A stretch of DNA of 64,000 nt from Chloroflexi bacterium UBA4730 (GTDB lineage: Bacteria > Chloroflexota > Limnocylindria > P2-11E), in assembly GCA_002404155.1 (NCBI GenBank), contig DHJC01000081.1, positions 4,520 to 68,519 of the forward strand, read 5' to 3'. Shown one piece after another: positions 1-9,318 of the stretch. The first letter of the stretch is position 1. Every line of letters starts with the position of its first letter. Below the pieces are notes generated by a model, which saw only the letters and a program-made list of their open reading frames with translations, was not told the DNA's origin and ran no database searches. Position numbers and translations under genes: made by a program.

Positions 1-400
1 ATGGCGCGAACAGGGACGCGTCCAGCTCCCCCGCGATCGATGCGAGCAGGACGGCCTTCGGCGCGGTGACCGCGCGGCCGACGTCGGTGCGTGCGATCGG
101 CGCAGCCCTCGCGCGCAACCGCAGCGTGCGACGGCCGGTGGTGTCGTAGGTGAACGCGAACGTCGTCGTTACGTCGCCGGGAAGCACGCGGAGCGCGATC
201 CCGAGCTCCTGGCAGAGCGTCTCCAGGGCGTCGCGCTCCTTCGGTCCGGCACGCGTCACGAGCGTCACGGCCGCGCCGAGCTTGGCCGCGGTCGCCGCGC
301 CGTAGAGCGCGGAGCCGCCCAGCCGCCAGCGCCCGTCGGGGAACTCATCGCGTGCGGTGTGGCCGATGGCGAGGAACGGGATGCGCGCGGCCTTAGACAT
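1..400 (-). CDS. PfkB-family carbohydrate kinase, N-terminal part (gene runs off window start)
   Basis: Minus-strand translation from ATG at 400 gives MSKAARIPFLAIGHTARDEFPDG..LGGSALYGAATAAKLG..VTLVTRAG, a typical ribokinase/PfkB N-terminus. Start lies 2 nt downstream of the ychF stop. Confidence 0.55.
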   Translation of the reverse strand, partial: MSKAARIPFLAIGHTARDEFPDGRWRLGGSALYGAATAAKLGAAVTLVTRAGPKERDALETLCQELGIALRVLPGDVTTTFAFTYDTTGRRTLRLRARAAPIARTDVGRAVTAPKAVLLASIAGELDASLFAP

Positions 401-1499
401 TGAAAAGTACGTTGATCACGTCGCCGTCAGCGACTTGATAGGTCTTGCCCTCCGTGCGCAGCTGACCCTGCTTGCGCGCGTTCGCCTCGCTGCCGGCCTT
501 GAGCAGCTCGTCCCAGCGAATGACCTCCGCACGGATGAAGCCGCGCTCGAGGTCGGAGTGGATCGCGCCGGCCGCCTGCTGCGCGGTCGAGCCCTTGAAG
601 ATGGTCCACGCACGAACCTCGTCCTCGCCCGCGGTGAAGAACGAGGTCAGCCCGAGCAGGTCGTACGTCGCGTGGACGACCCGATCCAGTGGCGCCTCAG
701 CGAGCCCGAGCTCGGCGCGAAACGTGCTCGCCTCCTCGGCGGGCAGCTCCGCGATCTCCGCCTCGATCTTCGCGCACACGGCCACGACCGCGGTACCGCG
801 ATGCATCGTGGCCGCGGCGCGCAACGGCGCGAGCACGGCATCGGGAGAGGCGACGTCGCCCTCGTCCACGTTCACCACCACGAGCTGCGGCATGAGGGTG
901 AGGAACCGGTAACCGCGGATGAGCCGCTGCTCCTCCGGCTCGACCTCGAGATCGCGCAGCGGCGTCTCCGTCTCGAGCGCCGGCTTCGCGCGCTGAAGGA
1001 ACGCGAGCTCGCGCTCCTTCGCTTCGCGATCCGGCCCCTTCGCACTCCGCATCTCGCGCTCGAGCGAGTCGAGGCGCCGCTCGACGATCGCGTGGTCCGA
1101 GAACAGCAGCTCGAGGTCGAGCGTCGCCATGTCGCGCAACGGATCGACCGACCCCTCGGGGTGCGGCACCGACGGATCGGCGAACGCGCGAACGACGTGC
1201 ACGAGCGCGTCCGAGTTGCGAAGATCGCCCAGCTTCTTCGGGCTGATCCCCTCGCCCGGCGTAGCGCTCTTCGCGAGGCCCAGGTCGCGATACGTGATCT
1301 CGGCGAAGGTCGTCTTCTTCGGCTTGAACAGCGCGGAGAGCTTGTCGACGCGCCCGTCGGGGACCTTCGCGACGCCGATGTTCGTCTCGCCCTCGGCACC
1401 GGCGAACGCCCCGGTCGGCGCATGGCCACCGGTGAGGAGATTGAACAGCGTGGTCTTCCCGCCGTAGGCGAGCCCGGTGATGGTCGAGCTGAGATTCAC
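393..1499 (-). CDS. ychF: Ribosome-binding ATPase YchF (Obg-family GTPase)
   Basis: C-terminal 368 aa of ORF 393..2096 carry the G1 P-loop GLAYGGKTTLFNLLTG, the YchF core and a TGS C-terminus (GDVINVLFNV). GTG start at 1499 overlaps the murI stop (GTGA). The Arg-rich upstream part of the ORF is a GC artefact. Confidence 0.9.
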   Translation of the reverse strand: MNLSSTITGLAYGGKTTLFNLLTGGHAPTGAFAGAEGETNIGVAKVPDGRVDKLSALFKPKKTTFAEITYRDLGLAKSATPGEGISPKKLGDLRNSDALVHVVRAFADPSVPHPEGSVDPLRDMATLDLELLFSDHAIVERRLDSLEREMRSAKGPDREAKERELAFLQRAKPALETETPLRDLEVEPEEQRLIRGYRFLTLMPQLVVVNVDEGDVASPDAVLAPLRAAATMHRGTAVVAVCAKIEAEIAELPAEEASTFRAELGLAEAPLDRVVHATYDLLGLTSFFTAGEDEVRAWTIFKGSTAQQAAGAIHSDLERGFIRAEVIRWDELLKAGSEANARKQGQLRTEGKTYQVADGDVINVLFNV

Positions 1500-2320
1500 C
1501 CGAGTGAGGCCTGCTCGACCGCAGGCAGGTCCTCCCCGAAGATCGCGCGCGCGACCCCGCGGAACCGGTCCGTCGGCCCGGTCGCGAACACGCGATGCCC
1601 AGGCGCCCCGGTCGTCCGGACCAGCCGGTGCGAGAGCAACACTTCGCGCACCGCGAGGGCCGTCGTGGCCGCGGAGTCCACGACACGCACGCCCGGCCCG
1701 GCGACGCGCTCGATGACGCCTCGCAGCAGCGGGTAGTGCGTGCAGCCAAGCAGCAGCGTGTCCACGACCGGCTGCACGACGCCGCCCTCGGTGAGGAGCG
1801 GCTGCACGTAGCCGCGCACCGCCGCCTCGGCCTCGGCGCTGTCGGCCTTCCCACTTTCGACGAGCGGCACGAGGGCCGGACACGCCTGCTGGATGACGTC
1901 GGCCAGCGGATCGAGGTCGCGGAGGGCCCGCGCGTACGCGCCTGAGCGGACCGTGGCCGTCGTCGCGAGCACGCCGATCGATCGCCGAGCGGACGCCGAG
2001 ATCGCGGCGGCCGCGCCGGGCCGGACGACGCCGATGATCGGAACGCGCGACTCGTCGCGGACCACGTCGAGCGCGACGGACGTCGCCGTGTTGCACGCGA
2101 GGACGATCAATTTGCAGTCGCGCGCGCTGAACCAGCCGAGGGCCTCGCGAGTGAAAGCGACGATCTCATCCGCGGGTCGGGGTCCGTACGGCATGCGCGC
2201 CTCGTCCCCGAGATAGATGGTCGACTCGCCGGGAAGCTGGCGGCGCATCTCGCGCAACACCGTGAGCCCGCCGACGCCGGAGTCGAAGACCCCGATGGGC
2301 AGATCTGCGGCCTCGGTCAC
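1496..2320 (-). CDS. murI: Glutamate racemase
   Basis: 274-aa ORF with IGVFDSGVGGLTV, ACNTA and GCTHYP motifs. 4-nt overlaps with both neighbours. Confidence 0.9.
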   Translation of the reverse strand: MTEAADLPIGVFDSGVGGLTVLREMRRQLPGESTIYLGDEARMPYGPRPADEIVAFTREALGWFSARDCKLIVLACNTATSVALDVVRDESRVPIIGVVRPGAAAAISASARRSIGVLATTATVRSGAYARALRDLDPLADVIQQACPALVPLVESGKADSAEAEAAVRGYVQPLLTEGGVVQPVVDTLLLGCTHYPLLRGVIERVAGPGVRVVDSAATTALAVREVLLSHRLVRTTGAPGHRVFATGPTDRFRGVARAIFGEDLPAVEQASLG

Positions 2321-3426
2321 CGCTTCCGTTGCTGGCTGACGAGCGCGTTCGCGAGGTTCGCGACCGCCTGCGACACCGGCGCGTTCGCGTTCGAAAGGAC
2401 GAACGGAGCCTGCTTGTTGTTCGACTCGCTCACGAGCTTCGAGTCGGACGGGATCTCACCGACGACCGGCAGGTTGAGCGCGTGCTCCATGCCGCCCTTG
2501 GACAGGCCGGCGGTCAGGTCGGACTGGTTGACGACGAGCAGCAGCGGCTTCTGACCCTTGTAGCCGAGCGCCTCGAAGGTGTCGATGGCCGATCGCGTGT
2601 TCGCGATCGTGGAGCCCTGGTACGTGATGATGATCAGGATCACACTGGCTGCGTCGAGGATCGCGAGCGTATCCTCCGACAATCGAGCCGGCGTGTCGAC
2701 GATCACGTAGTCGTGGTTGCCGGCGAGCAGCCCAATCGCGTTCGTGAGCTCGCTCACGGCCACGAGATCGGCCTCTTCGGGCCGCGGCGGCGCGAGGAGC
2801 ACATCGATACCGCCGGGACCTTCCCAGATCGCCTCCGCCAGCGTGCCGCGCATGGCGGCGCCGGCCGGCAGATCCACGATCGAGCGCGTCGCCGGCGGAA
2901 CCGGCAGCAGGTGACGTACCGCACCGAACTGCATGACGCCATCGAACAGTGCGACCGACGCGCCGTTACGGCGCAGCACGCACGCGAGGTTGACCGCGAT
3001 GGTGGTCTTGCCGGTCCCGCCTTTCGGCGAATAGACGGCGATGATCTGGCCGCCGCCCTCGTGTTTCCCGCCTCTCGTGCCGCCAAGCGCCGACGCGAGC
3101 TCGTTCGCGCCGCCGGGCAGGACGAACACCGCGTCGATCCCCTGTTCGGGCCGCGGGTCCACGGGCCGCTGCGGCACCGTGACGACGACGATCCGCGTCC
3201 CCGGCGACGCCGCGCGGATCCGCTTCGCGACGTCGAATCCGGTGACCTTGCCCTGGAGGAGCGCGTCCACCAGGACCACGTCCGGCTTCTCTGTCTTGGC
3301 CTGGGTGATGCCGGCCTCAGCCTGGCCCTGCACGCCGGCGACCTCAACGTCCTTCTCGCGCGCGAGCATGCTCTTCAGGTGCTCCGCGACCTGGGGCAGG
3401 TCTTCGATGAGAAGGACTCGCTTCAC
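2317..3426 (-). CDS. Response-regulator receiver domain fused to ParA/MinD-like ATPase (CpaE/TadZ-like)
   Basis: N-terminal REC fold (MKRVLLIEDLP...PDVVLVD). C-terminal deviant Walker A IIAVYSPKGGTGKTTIAVNLA with ParA/MinD core. Stop overlaps murI start. Confidence 0.8.
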   Translation of the reverse strand: MKRVLLIEDLPQVAEHLKSMLAREKDVEVAGVQGQAEAGITQAKTEKPDVVLVDALLQGKVTGFDVAKRIRAASPGTRIVVVTVPQRPVDPRPEQGIDAVFVLPGGANELASALGGTRGGKHEGGGQIIAVYSPKGGTGKTTIAVNLACVLRRNGASVALFDGVMQFGAVRHLLPVPPATRSIVDLPAGAAMRGTLAEAIWEGPGGIDVLLAPPRPEEADLVAVSELTNAIGLLAGNHDYVIVDTPARLSEDTLAILDAASVILIIITYQGSTIANTRSAIDTFEALGYKGQKPLLLVVNQSDLTAGLSKGGMEHALNLPVVGEIPSDSKLVSESNNKQAPFVLSNANAPVSQAVANLANALVSQQRKR

Positions 3427-3437
3427 GTTCGGCGAGT

Positions 3438-4121
3438 CTAACGATGGCCCCGGCGCAACGTCGCGGCCGCAGCGATCGCGATGACCCCCATCGCCACGAC
3501 GAACGCGAGCCCGACCCTCAGGGTCACGCCGTACCAGTACGGATCGGGGTATACCGCGAGCAGGTTCGAGTCCGCGTCGAAGAGGAAGTTCCCCTGCGGG
3601 AACAAGACCTGGTGGAACAGGAGGAACAGCGGGTCGAACGCCACCGCCGCTCCGACCGCGACGACGGCGGCGCCCGCGCCGGCGGCGACGGCCGCGGCGC
3701 GGAGCAGGGCGAACGCCGCCCGCCGCCCACGCTGCGCGACCCGCGCGACGAGGAGGATCGCGGCGATCCCGCCGATCGCCGCGGCGACCTCGAACGCGAC
3801 GAACACCCGTCGCACGTCGGCCATGTGGGCGTACTCGTCCGCCGTGAAGAGGACGACCCCGGGCTCGCTTGGTGGGGCGTCCGCGCGGCCGCTGACGTAG
3901 GCGAGCCAGCGCTCGTGCAGGTCCAGCAGGCGCGGCAGCTCGACCGGCTCCGTCCTCGACACGCCGCGGTCATCGGCGATGTGGAACGTCGCAGGCGCGA
4001 AGCCCGTATCGCGCGCAAGCGCCTCGTACGTGCTCGGCCCGGCGAAGACGAGCGCGAGCGTCACGAGTCCCGCGACCGCGAGCGCAATCGCGAGCACCGC
4101 GATCTCCCAGCGCCGCGTCAC
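3438..4121 (-). CDS. Integral membrane protein (DUF1461/TIGR01906-like)
   Basis: Hydrophobic 227-aa product (IAVLAIALAVAGLVTLALVFAG...YWYGVTLRVGLAFVVAMGVIAIAAA). GTG start at 4121 overlaps the stop of the upstream epimerase (GTGA). Confidence 0.6.
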   Translation of the reverse strand: MTRRWEIAVLAIALAVAGLVTLALVFAGPSTYEALARDTGFAPATFHIADDRGVSRTEPVELPRLLDLHERWLAYVSGRADAPPSEPGVVLFTADEYAHMADVRRVFVAFEVAAAIGGIAAILLVARVAQRGRRAAFALLRAAAVAAGAGAAVVAVGAAVAFDPLFLLFHQVLFPQGNFLFDADSNLLAVYPDPYWYGVTLRVGLAFVVAMGVIAIAAAATLRRGHR

Positions 4122-5140
4122 GCGCGTCGAAGCACCCCGAGGCCAGGTCGCTCGCTGAACACGAATCGGCCACGCTCCACGGGCACCGCGATGAACGGAT
4201 CGTCGACGATGAGCAGGTTGCCGTCCAGGTCGGCCCACTCCACGGCGGGTGCGAGATGCGCGGCGGCGGCGATGGCGACGCTCGTCTCCGCGGCCCGGCA
4301 CCCGAGCATCACCTTCAGACCGAGCTCGTGCGCCCGCTGGATCATGGCTCGGCCCTCCGCGATGCCGCCACATTTCTGGAGCTTCACGTTGATCCCATCG
4401 CAGGCGCCGGCGAGCCGGTCGACATCAGCGAGGCGCACCGCCGCCTCGTCTGCGACGATCGGGAGCAGGCTGTGCTCCCGCACGTGACGAAGACCCTCGA
4501 GGTCCGCGGGCGCGACCGGCTGCTCGACGAACTCGAGGCCGAACGGCGCGATCCGCTCGATCCGGGCCGGCGCTTCCTCGGCCGTCCACGCCCCATTGGG
4601 GTCCACGCGGATCGCGCCATCGAAGACCCGCCGGATCCCGTCGAGGATCGCGACATCGTCCCCGTGTCCGAGCTTGACCTTGAGCACGCTGAATCCGGCT
4701 GCCTTGGCCGCAGTCGCTCGCTCGGCCATGAGCGCGGGCTCCGCGATCCCGATCGTGAACGATGTCGGCGGCGCCTCCGCCGGCGCCAGCCCGAGGAACG
4801 TGCGCAGCGGCTGGCCGGCCTCCTGCGCAGCCCGGTCGTGCCCGAGCACGTCGAGCGCGCACGCGGCAGCGCCGCCATGCGGGAATCGGGCATCGAGACG
4901 CGCACGGAGGGTCGCGAGATCGCGCGGATCCTCGGGCACGCAGTCGAACGCGCCGCGGACGTCCGCCTCCAACGACTCGCTCGTCTCCCCGAAGAACGGG
5001 TCCGCGGACGCTTCCCCGTAGGAGATGCGCCCGCCGTCGTCAAGCTCGACGAGCACGACACGCTTCTCCGTCCGGACGGCGCGCGAGATCGCGAACGGAA
5101 CGGCGAGATGCACGTCGACCGTGCGCACGGTGAACCTCAT
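4118..5140 (-). CDS. Enolase-superfamily dipeptide epimerase / N-acylamino-acid racemase (DgcA-like)
   Basis: 340-aa product from MRFTVRTVDVHLAVPF... with KVKLG, metal ligands and a catalytic-Lys region typical of MR/MLE-family L-Ala-D/L-Glu epimerases. ATG at 5140 overlaps the DUF1611 stop (ATGA). Confidence 0.8.
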   Translation of the reverse strand: MRFTVRTVDVHLAVPFAISRAVRTEKRVVLVELDDGGRISYGEASADPFFGETSESLEADVRGAFDCVPEDPRDLATLRARLDARFPHGGAAACALDVLGHDRAAQEAGQPLRTFLGLAPAEAPPTSFTIGIAEPALMAERATAAKAAGFSVLKVKLGHGDDVAILDGIRRVFDGAIRVDPNGAWTAEEAPARIERIAPFGLEFVEQPVAPADLEGLRHVREHSLLPIVADEAAVRLADVDRLAGACDGINVKLQKCGGIAEGRAMIQRAHELGLKVMLGCRAAETSVAIAAAAHLAPAVEWADLDGNLLIVDDPFIAVPVERGRFVFSERPGLGVLRRA

Positions 5141-6198
5141 CGGACCAGTCCCGCGGCCAATCGATCGGAGCCTGCCGCGCCTTCGCGGACCGGGTCGGCC
5201 GCCGGGAGGCCCGTCGCGGTCCCGGCCGCTTGGACCGCGCGCCTGGCCGCGCCCAGGTCGAGCGCGCTGGTGTTGAGCGCGATCCCGACGACGGGGACCC
5301 GCGTGCCCGCCGCGCGGCTCCAGGTGGCCGCATCCTCGTAGAGCCGCACGAGCTCGGGAAGCGGCTTCAGCGAGAGCCCGGGGAATCCTTTGACCTCCGC
5401 ACGCGACGCGTCGTGGCACAGGACCAACAGGTCCGGGGCGCTGCCGTGCAGCAGCCCGAGGGTCACGCCGGAGAAGCCGGGATGCGTGAGCGAGCCCTGG
5501 CCCTCGACGACGACCCAGTCGGCCCGCTCGGCCGCGTCGCAGACCATTTGCTCGGCGGCACCCGCGATGAAATCCGCGACCACCGCATCGATGGAGATGC
5601 CCTCGCCCGCGATCGCGATCCCGGTCTGACCGGTGGCGACGAACGCGGCGCGCTTCCCAGCGCGCTCCAGCGCGCGCACGAGCTCGAGGGCGACCGTCAT
5701 CTTCCCCACTGCGGCGTCGGAGCCCACCGTAAGCACCACGCACGTTGCCGCTCGCCGCTGACGATGGCCGCCGATCGGGAGATCCGCCGGCGGTTCGCGG
5801 AGCTCGCGGACCCGACCGCCGCCCCGCTGCGCGGCGTCGCGCAAGGCCGGGTCCGCCAGCACGCGCTCGTGCAGCCCATTCCAGACCTCGAGGCCCCTGC
5901 CCAGCGCGTCTGCGAGCAGCGGCCGGTATGAGTCGGCGATGCGGCCCCCTGGCGCGGCCGTGCCGATCAGCAGGACCGTGGCGCCGCGGGCGATCGCCTC
6001 GAGGATCGTGCCAACGACCGGCACGCCCCGGCCGACGCCGATCGCGTCCGCGCTATCCGTCCCGGCACGCGTCGAGTCGACGACGGCAACGACCGGATAC
6101 GGCGCGTACCGCAGGACCCCGATCGCCGTCTTCGCCGTCTGGGGCGTGAACAGGCCCTCGGCGAGGATCGCGACGCGGCGCGGGTCAGACACCGGCAT
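5137..6198 (-). CDS. DUF1611 protein (DgcN-like N-acetyltransferase family)
   Basis: 353 aa with the characteristic VLTVGSDAAVGKMTVALEL P-loop-like motif of DUF1611. Adjacent to an enolase-superfamily epimerase, as in dgcN-dgcA pairs. Confidence 0.75.
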   Translation of the reverse strand: MPVSDPRRVAILAEGLFTPQTAKTAIGVLRYAPYPVVAVVDSTRAGTDSADAIGVGRGVPVVGTILEAIARGATVLLIGTAAPGGRIADSYRPLLADALGRGLEVWNGLHERVLADPALRDAAQRGGGRVRELREPPADLPIGGHRQRRAATCVVLTVGSDAAVGKMTVALELVRALERAGKRAAFVATGQTGIAIAGEGISIDAVVADFIAGAAEQMVCDAAERADWVVVEGQGSLTHPGFSGVTLGLLHGSAPDLLVLCHDASRAEVKGFPGLSLKPLPELVRLYEDAATWSRAAGTRVPVVGIALNTSALDLGAARRAVQAAGTATGLPAADPVREGAAGSDRLAAGLVR

Positions 6199-7765
6199 CG
6201 CGGCCGAGACGAAGGAACCGCCCGGGCCGCTCGGCGAGCGTCTCGTCGCCGTGCGTTACGACCTCGCCGTTCACGATGACGTGATCGATGCCGGTCGGGT
6301 AGCGGTGCGGGTCGTCGTACGTGGCGGTGTCGATGATCCGGTCCGGATCGAACACCACGAGATCGGCCCAGGCGCCTTCGCGGACGACCCCGCGATCGCG
6401 CAGCTTCAGCCGCGAGGCGGTCAGCGACGTCATCTTCCGCACGGCGTCCTCGAGCGTGATGATGCCCGCATCGCGCGCGTAGTGACCGAGGATCCGCGGG
6501 AACGTACCGTACGAGCGCGGGTGCGGCTTCCCGAACGAGAGCGGTCCGTACGGCGCGTTCGCGCGCGAATCGCTGCCCGCGCACACCCAGGGCTTCGCCA
6601 TCACGTACCGGACGTCGGCCTCGTCCATCGAGTGGTGGATGATGTCGATCGCGCCGTCATGTTCGATGAGCGCATCGCAGGTCCATTCGAGCGGGTCCTT
6701 CGTCGCCGCCGCGGCGAGGGCGGCGACGCTCTTCCCGGACCAGTCCGGATGGTGCATCGCGCGAGCGATCACGATGTCTGGCCAGTTCCGCTCGGTCTCG
6801 GTGTACTCACCGCGGATCCGTTGCCGGACCGCCGGATCCAAGAGGCGCCCGCAGAGGGCCATCGAGCCGCCGGCGTGGGCCCACTTGGGGATCGTCACCG
6901 CGAGGCCGGTGGACGACGCCGTGTAGGGGTACTGGTCGGCGATCACGTCGACGCCGTCCGCCTGGGCTCGCTCGATCATCGCGGTCGATTCCTTCACCTT
7001 GCCCCAGTTGCGCTTCTGCGAGGCCTTGTGGTGCGAGAGCTGCACCCGGACCCCGCTCCGCCGGCCGATCTCGAGGTTCTCGTCGATGGCGGCGAAGAGC
7101 TCGTCGCCTTCGTTCCGGATATGGCTCGCGTACAGCCCGTCGCGTTCGCGAACGATCGTCGCGAGCGCGCCGATCTCAGCGCTGGTCCCGTACGCGCTCG
7201 GCGGATAGATCAGCCCGGTCGAGAGGCCGATCGCGCCATCCTCGAGGGATTTCGCGAGCAGCGCCTTCATCGCCGCGAGCTCGCCGCCCGTCGGCGGCCG
7301 GTCATCCGCGCCCATGACGCACATCCGCAGGGTGCCGTGGCCCACGAACGAGCAGAAGTTGATGGCGGTGCCGGACCGGTCGATCGCGTCCGCGTACTCG
7401 CCGAACGAGCTCCACGTGCGCTCGAGGTCGTAGCGTTTGATGTCGCGATCGAGCTCCTCCGCGGCCAGGCCCATGACCGGCGCGGACGCGCCGCCGCAGT
7501 TCCCGGCGACGACGCACGTGACGCCCTGATGCACCGTGCTCTCGAGCGCCGAGTTGATCAGGACGGATTCGTCCGAGTGCGAGTGGATGTCGATGAATCC
7601 CGGGCTGACGACCCGATCGCGCGCGTCGATCGTGCGGGCGCCGAAGCCGCTGCCGACCTCGCCGATCCCGACGATACGGCCGTCGCGGACGGCAACGTCC
7701 GCGCGGCGCCGCGCGGCGCCGGTGCCGTCGATGACCTGCCCGCCGCGGATGACCAGTTCGGTCAC
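6185..7765 (-). CDS. N-acyl-D-amino-acid deacylase (D-aminoacylase, amidohydrolase superfamily)
   Basis: 526 aa. N-terminus LVIRGGQVIDGTG...SPGFIDIHSHSD matches the HxH metal site, and overall length and motifs match D-aminoacylase. Confidence 0.85.
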   Translation of the reverse strand: MTELVIRGGQVIDGTGAARRRADVAVRDGRIVGIGEVGSGFGARTIDARDRVVSPGFIDIHSHSDESVLINSALESTVHQGVTCVVAGNCGGASAPVMGLAAEELDRDIKRYDLERTWSSFGEYADAIDRSGTAINFCSFVGHGTLRMCVMGADDRPPTGGELAAMKALLAKSLEDGAIGLSTGLIYPPSAYGTSAEIGALATIVRERDGLYASHIRNEGDELFAAIDENLEIGRRSGVRVQLSHHKASQKRNWGKVKESTAMIERAQADGVDVIADQYPYTASSTGLAVTIPKWAHAGGSMALCGRLLDPAVRQRIRGEYTETERNWPDIVIARAMHHPDWSGKSVAALAAAATKDPLEWTCDALIEHDGAIDIIHHSMDEADVRYVMAKPWVCAGSDSRANAPYGPLSFGKPHPRSYGTFPRILGHYARDAGIITLEDAVRKMTSLTASRLKLRDRGVVREGAWADLVVFDPDRIIDTATYDDPHRYPTGIDHVIVNGEVVTHGDETLAERPGRFLRLGRDAGV

Positions 7766-8940
7766 TTCGCGCGGGCGGGCGTGAACGCGGCCTTCGCCTG
7801 CTTCAGCAGCTCGGGGCGCCCGAGGAGGTCGATCGCGGTGAACGCCAGCGCTTTGGCCGCGACGTGCATCGTCTCGAGCGCGCGGGGCGTCCGCGCGGCG
7901 GCTGCGAACTCTCGCGAGTGCCAGGGCACGCGATCGTCGCTCACGGACAGGAACGGATGGATCGACGGGATGACCGAGCTGATGTTCCCCATGTCGGTCG
8001 AGCCGGAGGTCTCGCCCGCACGCCGCGACCCGAGCTCGCGGCCGAGCCCCCGCGCATTCTCGAAGAACGCCGTCGCCATCGGCTGGTTCGTCGTGACCAT
8101 GTCCATCGCTTCACCCCACTCGTAACGCAGCTCGCACCCGGTCGCCGTCGCCGCACCCTCGAAGCACGCGAGCACGCGTCTGCGCAGATCGCCGAGATAC
8201 GACGGATCGGCGGCACGCACGACGATCTTCGCCGCGGCGCGCTCGGGGATGATGTTCGACGCCTGGCCACCGTCGGTGATGATCCCGTGGATGCGCGAGT
8301 CGCTGCGCACGAGCTGGCGGAGCGCGGACATCGCGCCCCACCCGAGCATGAGCGCGTCGAGCGCGTTCACGCCGGCGTACGGCGACGCCGCGGCGTGCGC
8401 GGCCTTGCCGCGAAATTCGATCTGTAGCACCCGCAGCGCGACCATCAACGGATCGAGTACGTCGGCGTCGGCGGGATGGAACATCATCGCGGCGTCCACG
8501 CCGTCGAAGACGCCGGCGGCGTGTAGCCTCACTTTTCCGGCTCCGCCTTCCTCGGCGGGCGTGCCGATGAGACGGACGCAGCCCTTGAGCTCGGTCGTGA
8601 CGGCAGCGACCCCCAGATAGGCGCCGACCCCGCTCGTCGCGATGAGGTTGTGGCCGCAGCCGTGGCCGATCCCGGGCAGGGCGTCGTACTCGGAGCAGAT
8701 CGCGACCGTCGGGCCGCTGCCGTTCTTCGTCTCGGAGACGAACGCCGTCTCGACGCCGCCCGCGCCCCGCGTAATCGGCAGGCCCTGTTCGGCGATGTAG
8801 TCGGCGAGTGCCAACGACGCGAAGCGCTCCTCGTATCCGAGCTCGGGGTGATCGTGGATCGCGAGCGCGAGGCGGTCGAGCGCGGCGGCGGCCTGGTCGA
8901 TGCGCGCGGCGGCGCGCTGCTTCAGTGGCTGGAGATCCAT
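7762..8940 (-). CDS. M20-family amidohydrolase (N-acyl-L-amino-acid amidohydrolase / hippuricase-like)
   Basis: 392 aa from MDLQPLKQ.. with HDHPELGYEE, AICSEYDALPGIGHGCGHN and GTPAEEGGAGK motifs. ATG at 8940; stop overlaps the D-aminoacylase start. Confidence 0.8.
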   Translation of the reverse strand: MDLQPLKQRAAARIDQAAAALDRLALAIHDHPELGYEERFASLALADYIAEQGLPITRGAGGVETAFVSETKNGSGPTVAICSEYDALPGIGHGCGHNLIATSGVGAYLGVAAVTTELKGCVRLIGTPAEEGGAGKVRLHAAGVFDGVDAAMMFHPADADVLDPLMVALRVLQIEFRGKAAHAAASPYAGVNALDALMLGWGAMSALRQLVRSDSRIHGIITDGGQASNIIPERAAAKIVVRAADPSYLGDLRRRVLACFEGAATATGCELRYEWGEAMDMVTTNQPMATAFFENARGLGRELGSRRAGETSGSTDMGNISSVIPSIHPFLSVSDDRVPWHSREFAAAARTPRALETMHVAAKALAFTAIDLLGRPELLKQAKAAFTPARAK

Positions 8941-8965
8941 CGGCGCTGCGAGCGTATCGGAGAAG

Positions 8966-9172
8966 TCAGGCCCGCCGCGTCGAGAGCACGACCTCCGCAG
9001 CGACGAACGGCACGACGACGAAGACGAGGGTGAGCGGCGTGAGCCCATCGAGCACCCGCAGGAGTGCGACGAGCGCGAGGACGCACCCGACCATCGCCCC
9101 GCGGCGCAGCCCGCGAGCGACGGCCGCATCGCGCTTGGTGCCGCGGCTAGCCCTGCGCGTCGACGCCGACAC
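8966..9172 (-). CDS. Small hydrophobic (membrane) protein; start uncertain, frame open to ~9320
   Basis: GC3-rich open frame between rmuC and the M20 gene encodes ...LLAIAAAGVAIVAFTVATRDPDGPLSVGLVVAGAAITAGALAALALVSAS...MVGCVLALVALLRVLDGLTPLTLVFVVVPFVAAEVVL. The only canonical start is GTG at 9172. Confidence 0.25.
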   Translation of the reverse strand: MSASTRRASRGTKRDAAVARGLRRGAMVGCVLALVALLRVLDGLTPLTLVFVVVPFVAAEVVLSTRRA

Positions 9173-9318
9173 GAGCGCCAGTGCGGCGAGCGCGCCGGCG
9201 GTGATCGCGGCACCCGCGACGACCAGCCCGACGCTCAGCGGTCCATCGGGATCGCGCGTCGCGACGGTGAAGGCGACGATGGCGACCCCGGCTGCGGCGA
9301 TCGCGAGGAGCGTCCCGG

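Noticed and set aside
357-8125. Long plus-strand ORFs (357..1736, 2329..3441, 3444..4487, 4256..5341, 5939..8125 and the many Arg/Pro/Ala-rich ORFs throughout)
   Set aside because: They lie antisense to or out of frame with well-supported genes and have low-complexity Arg/Ala/Pro compositions with no domain signatures. Long spurious ORFs are expected at this GC content.
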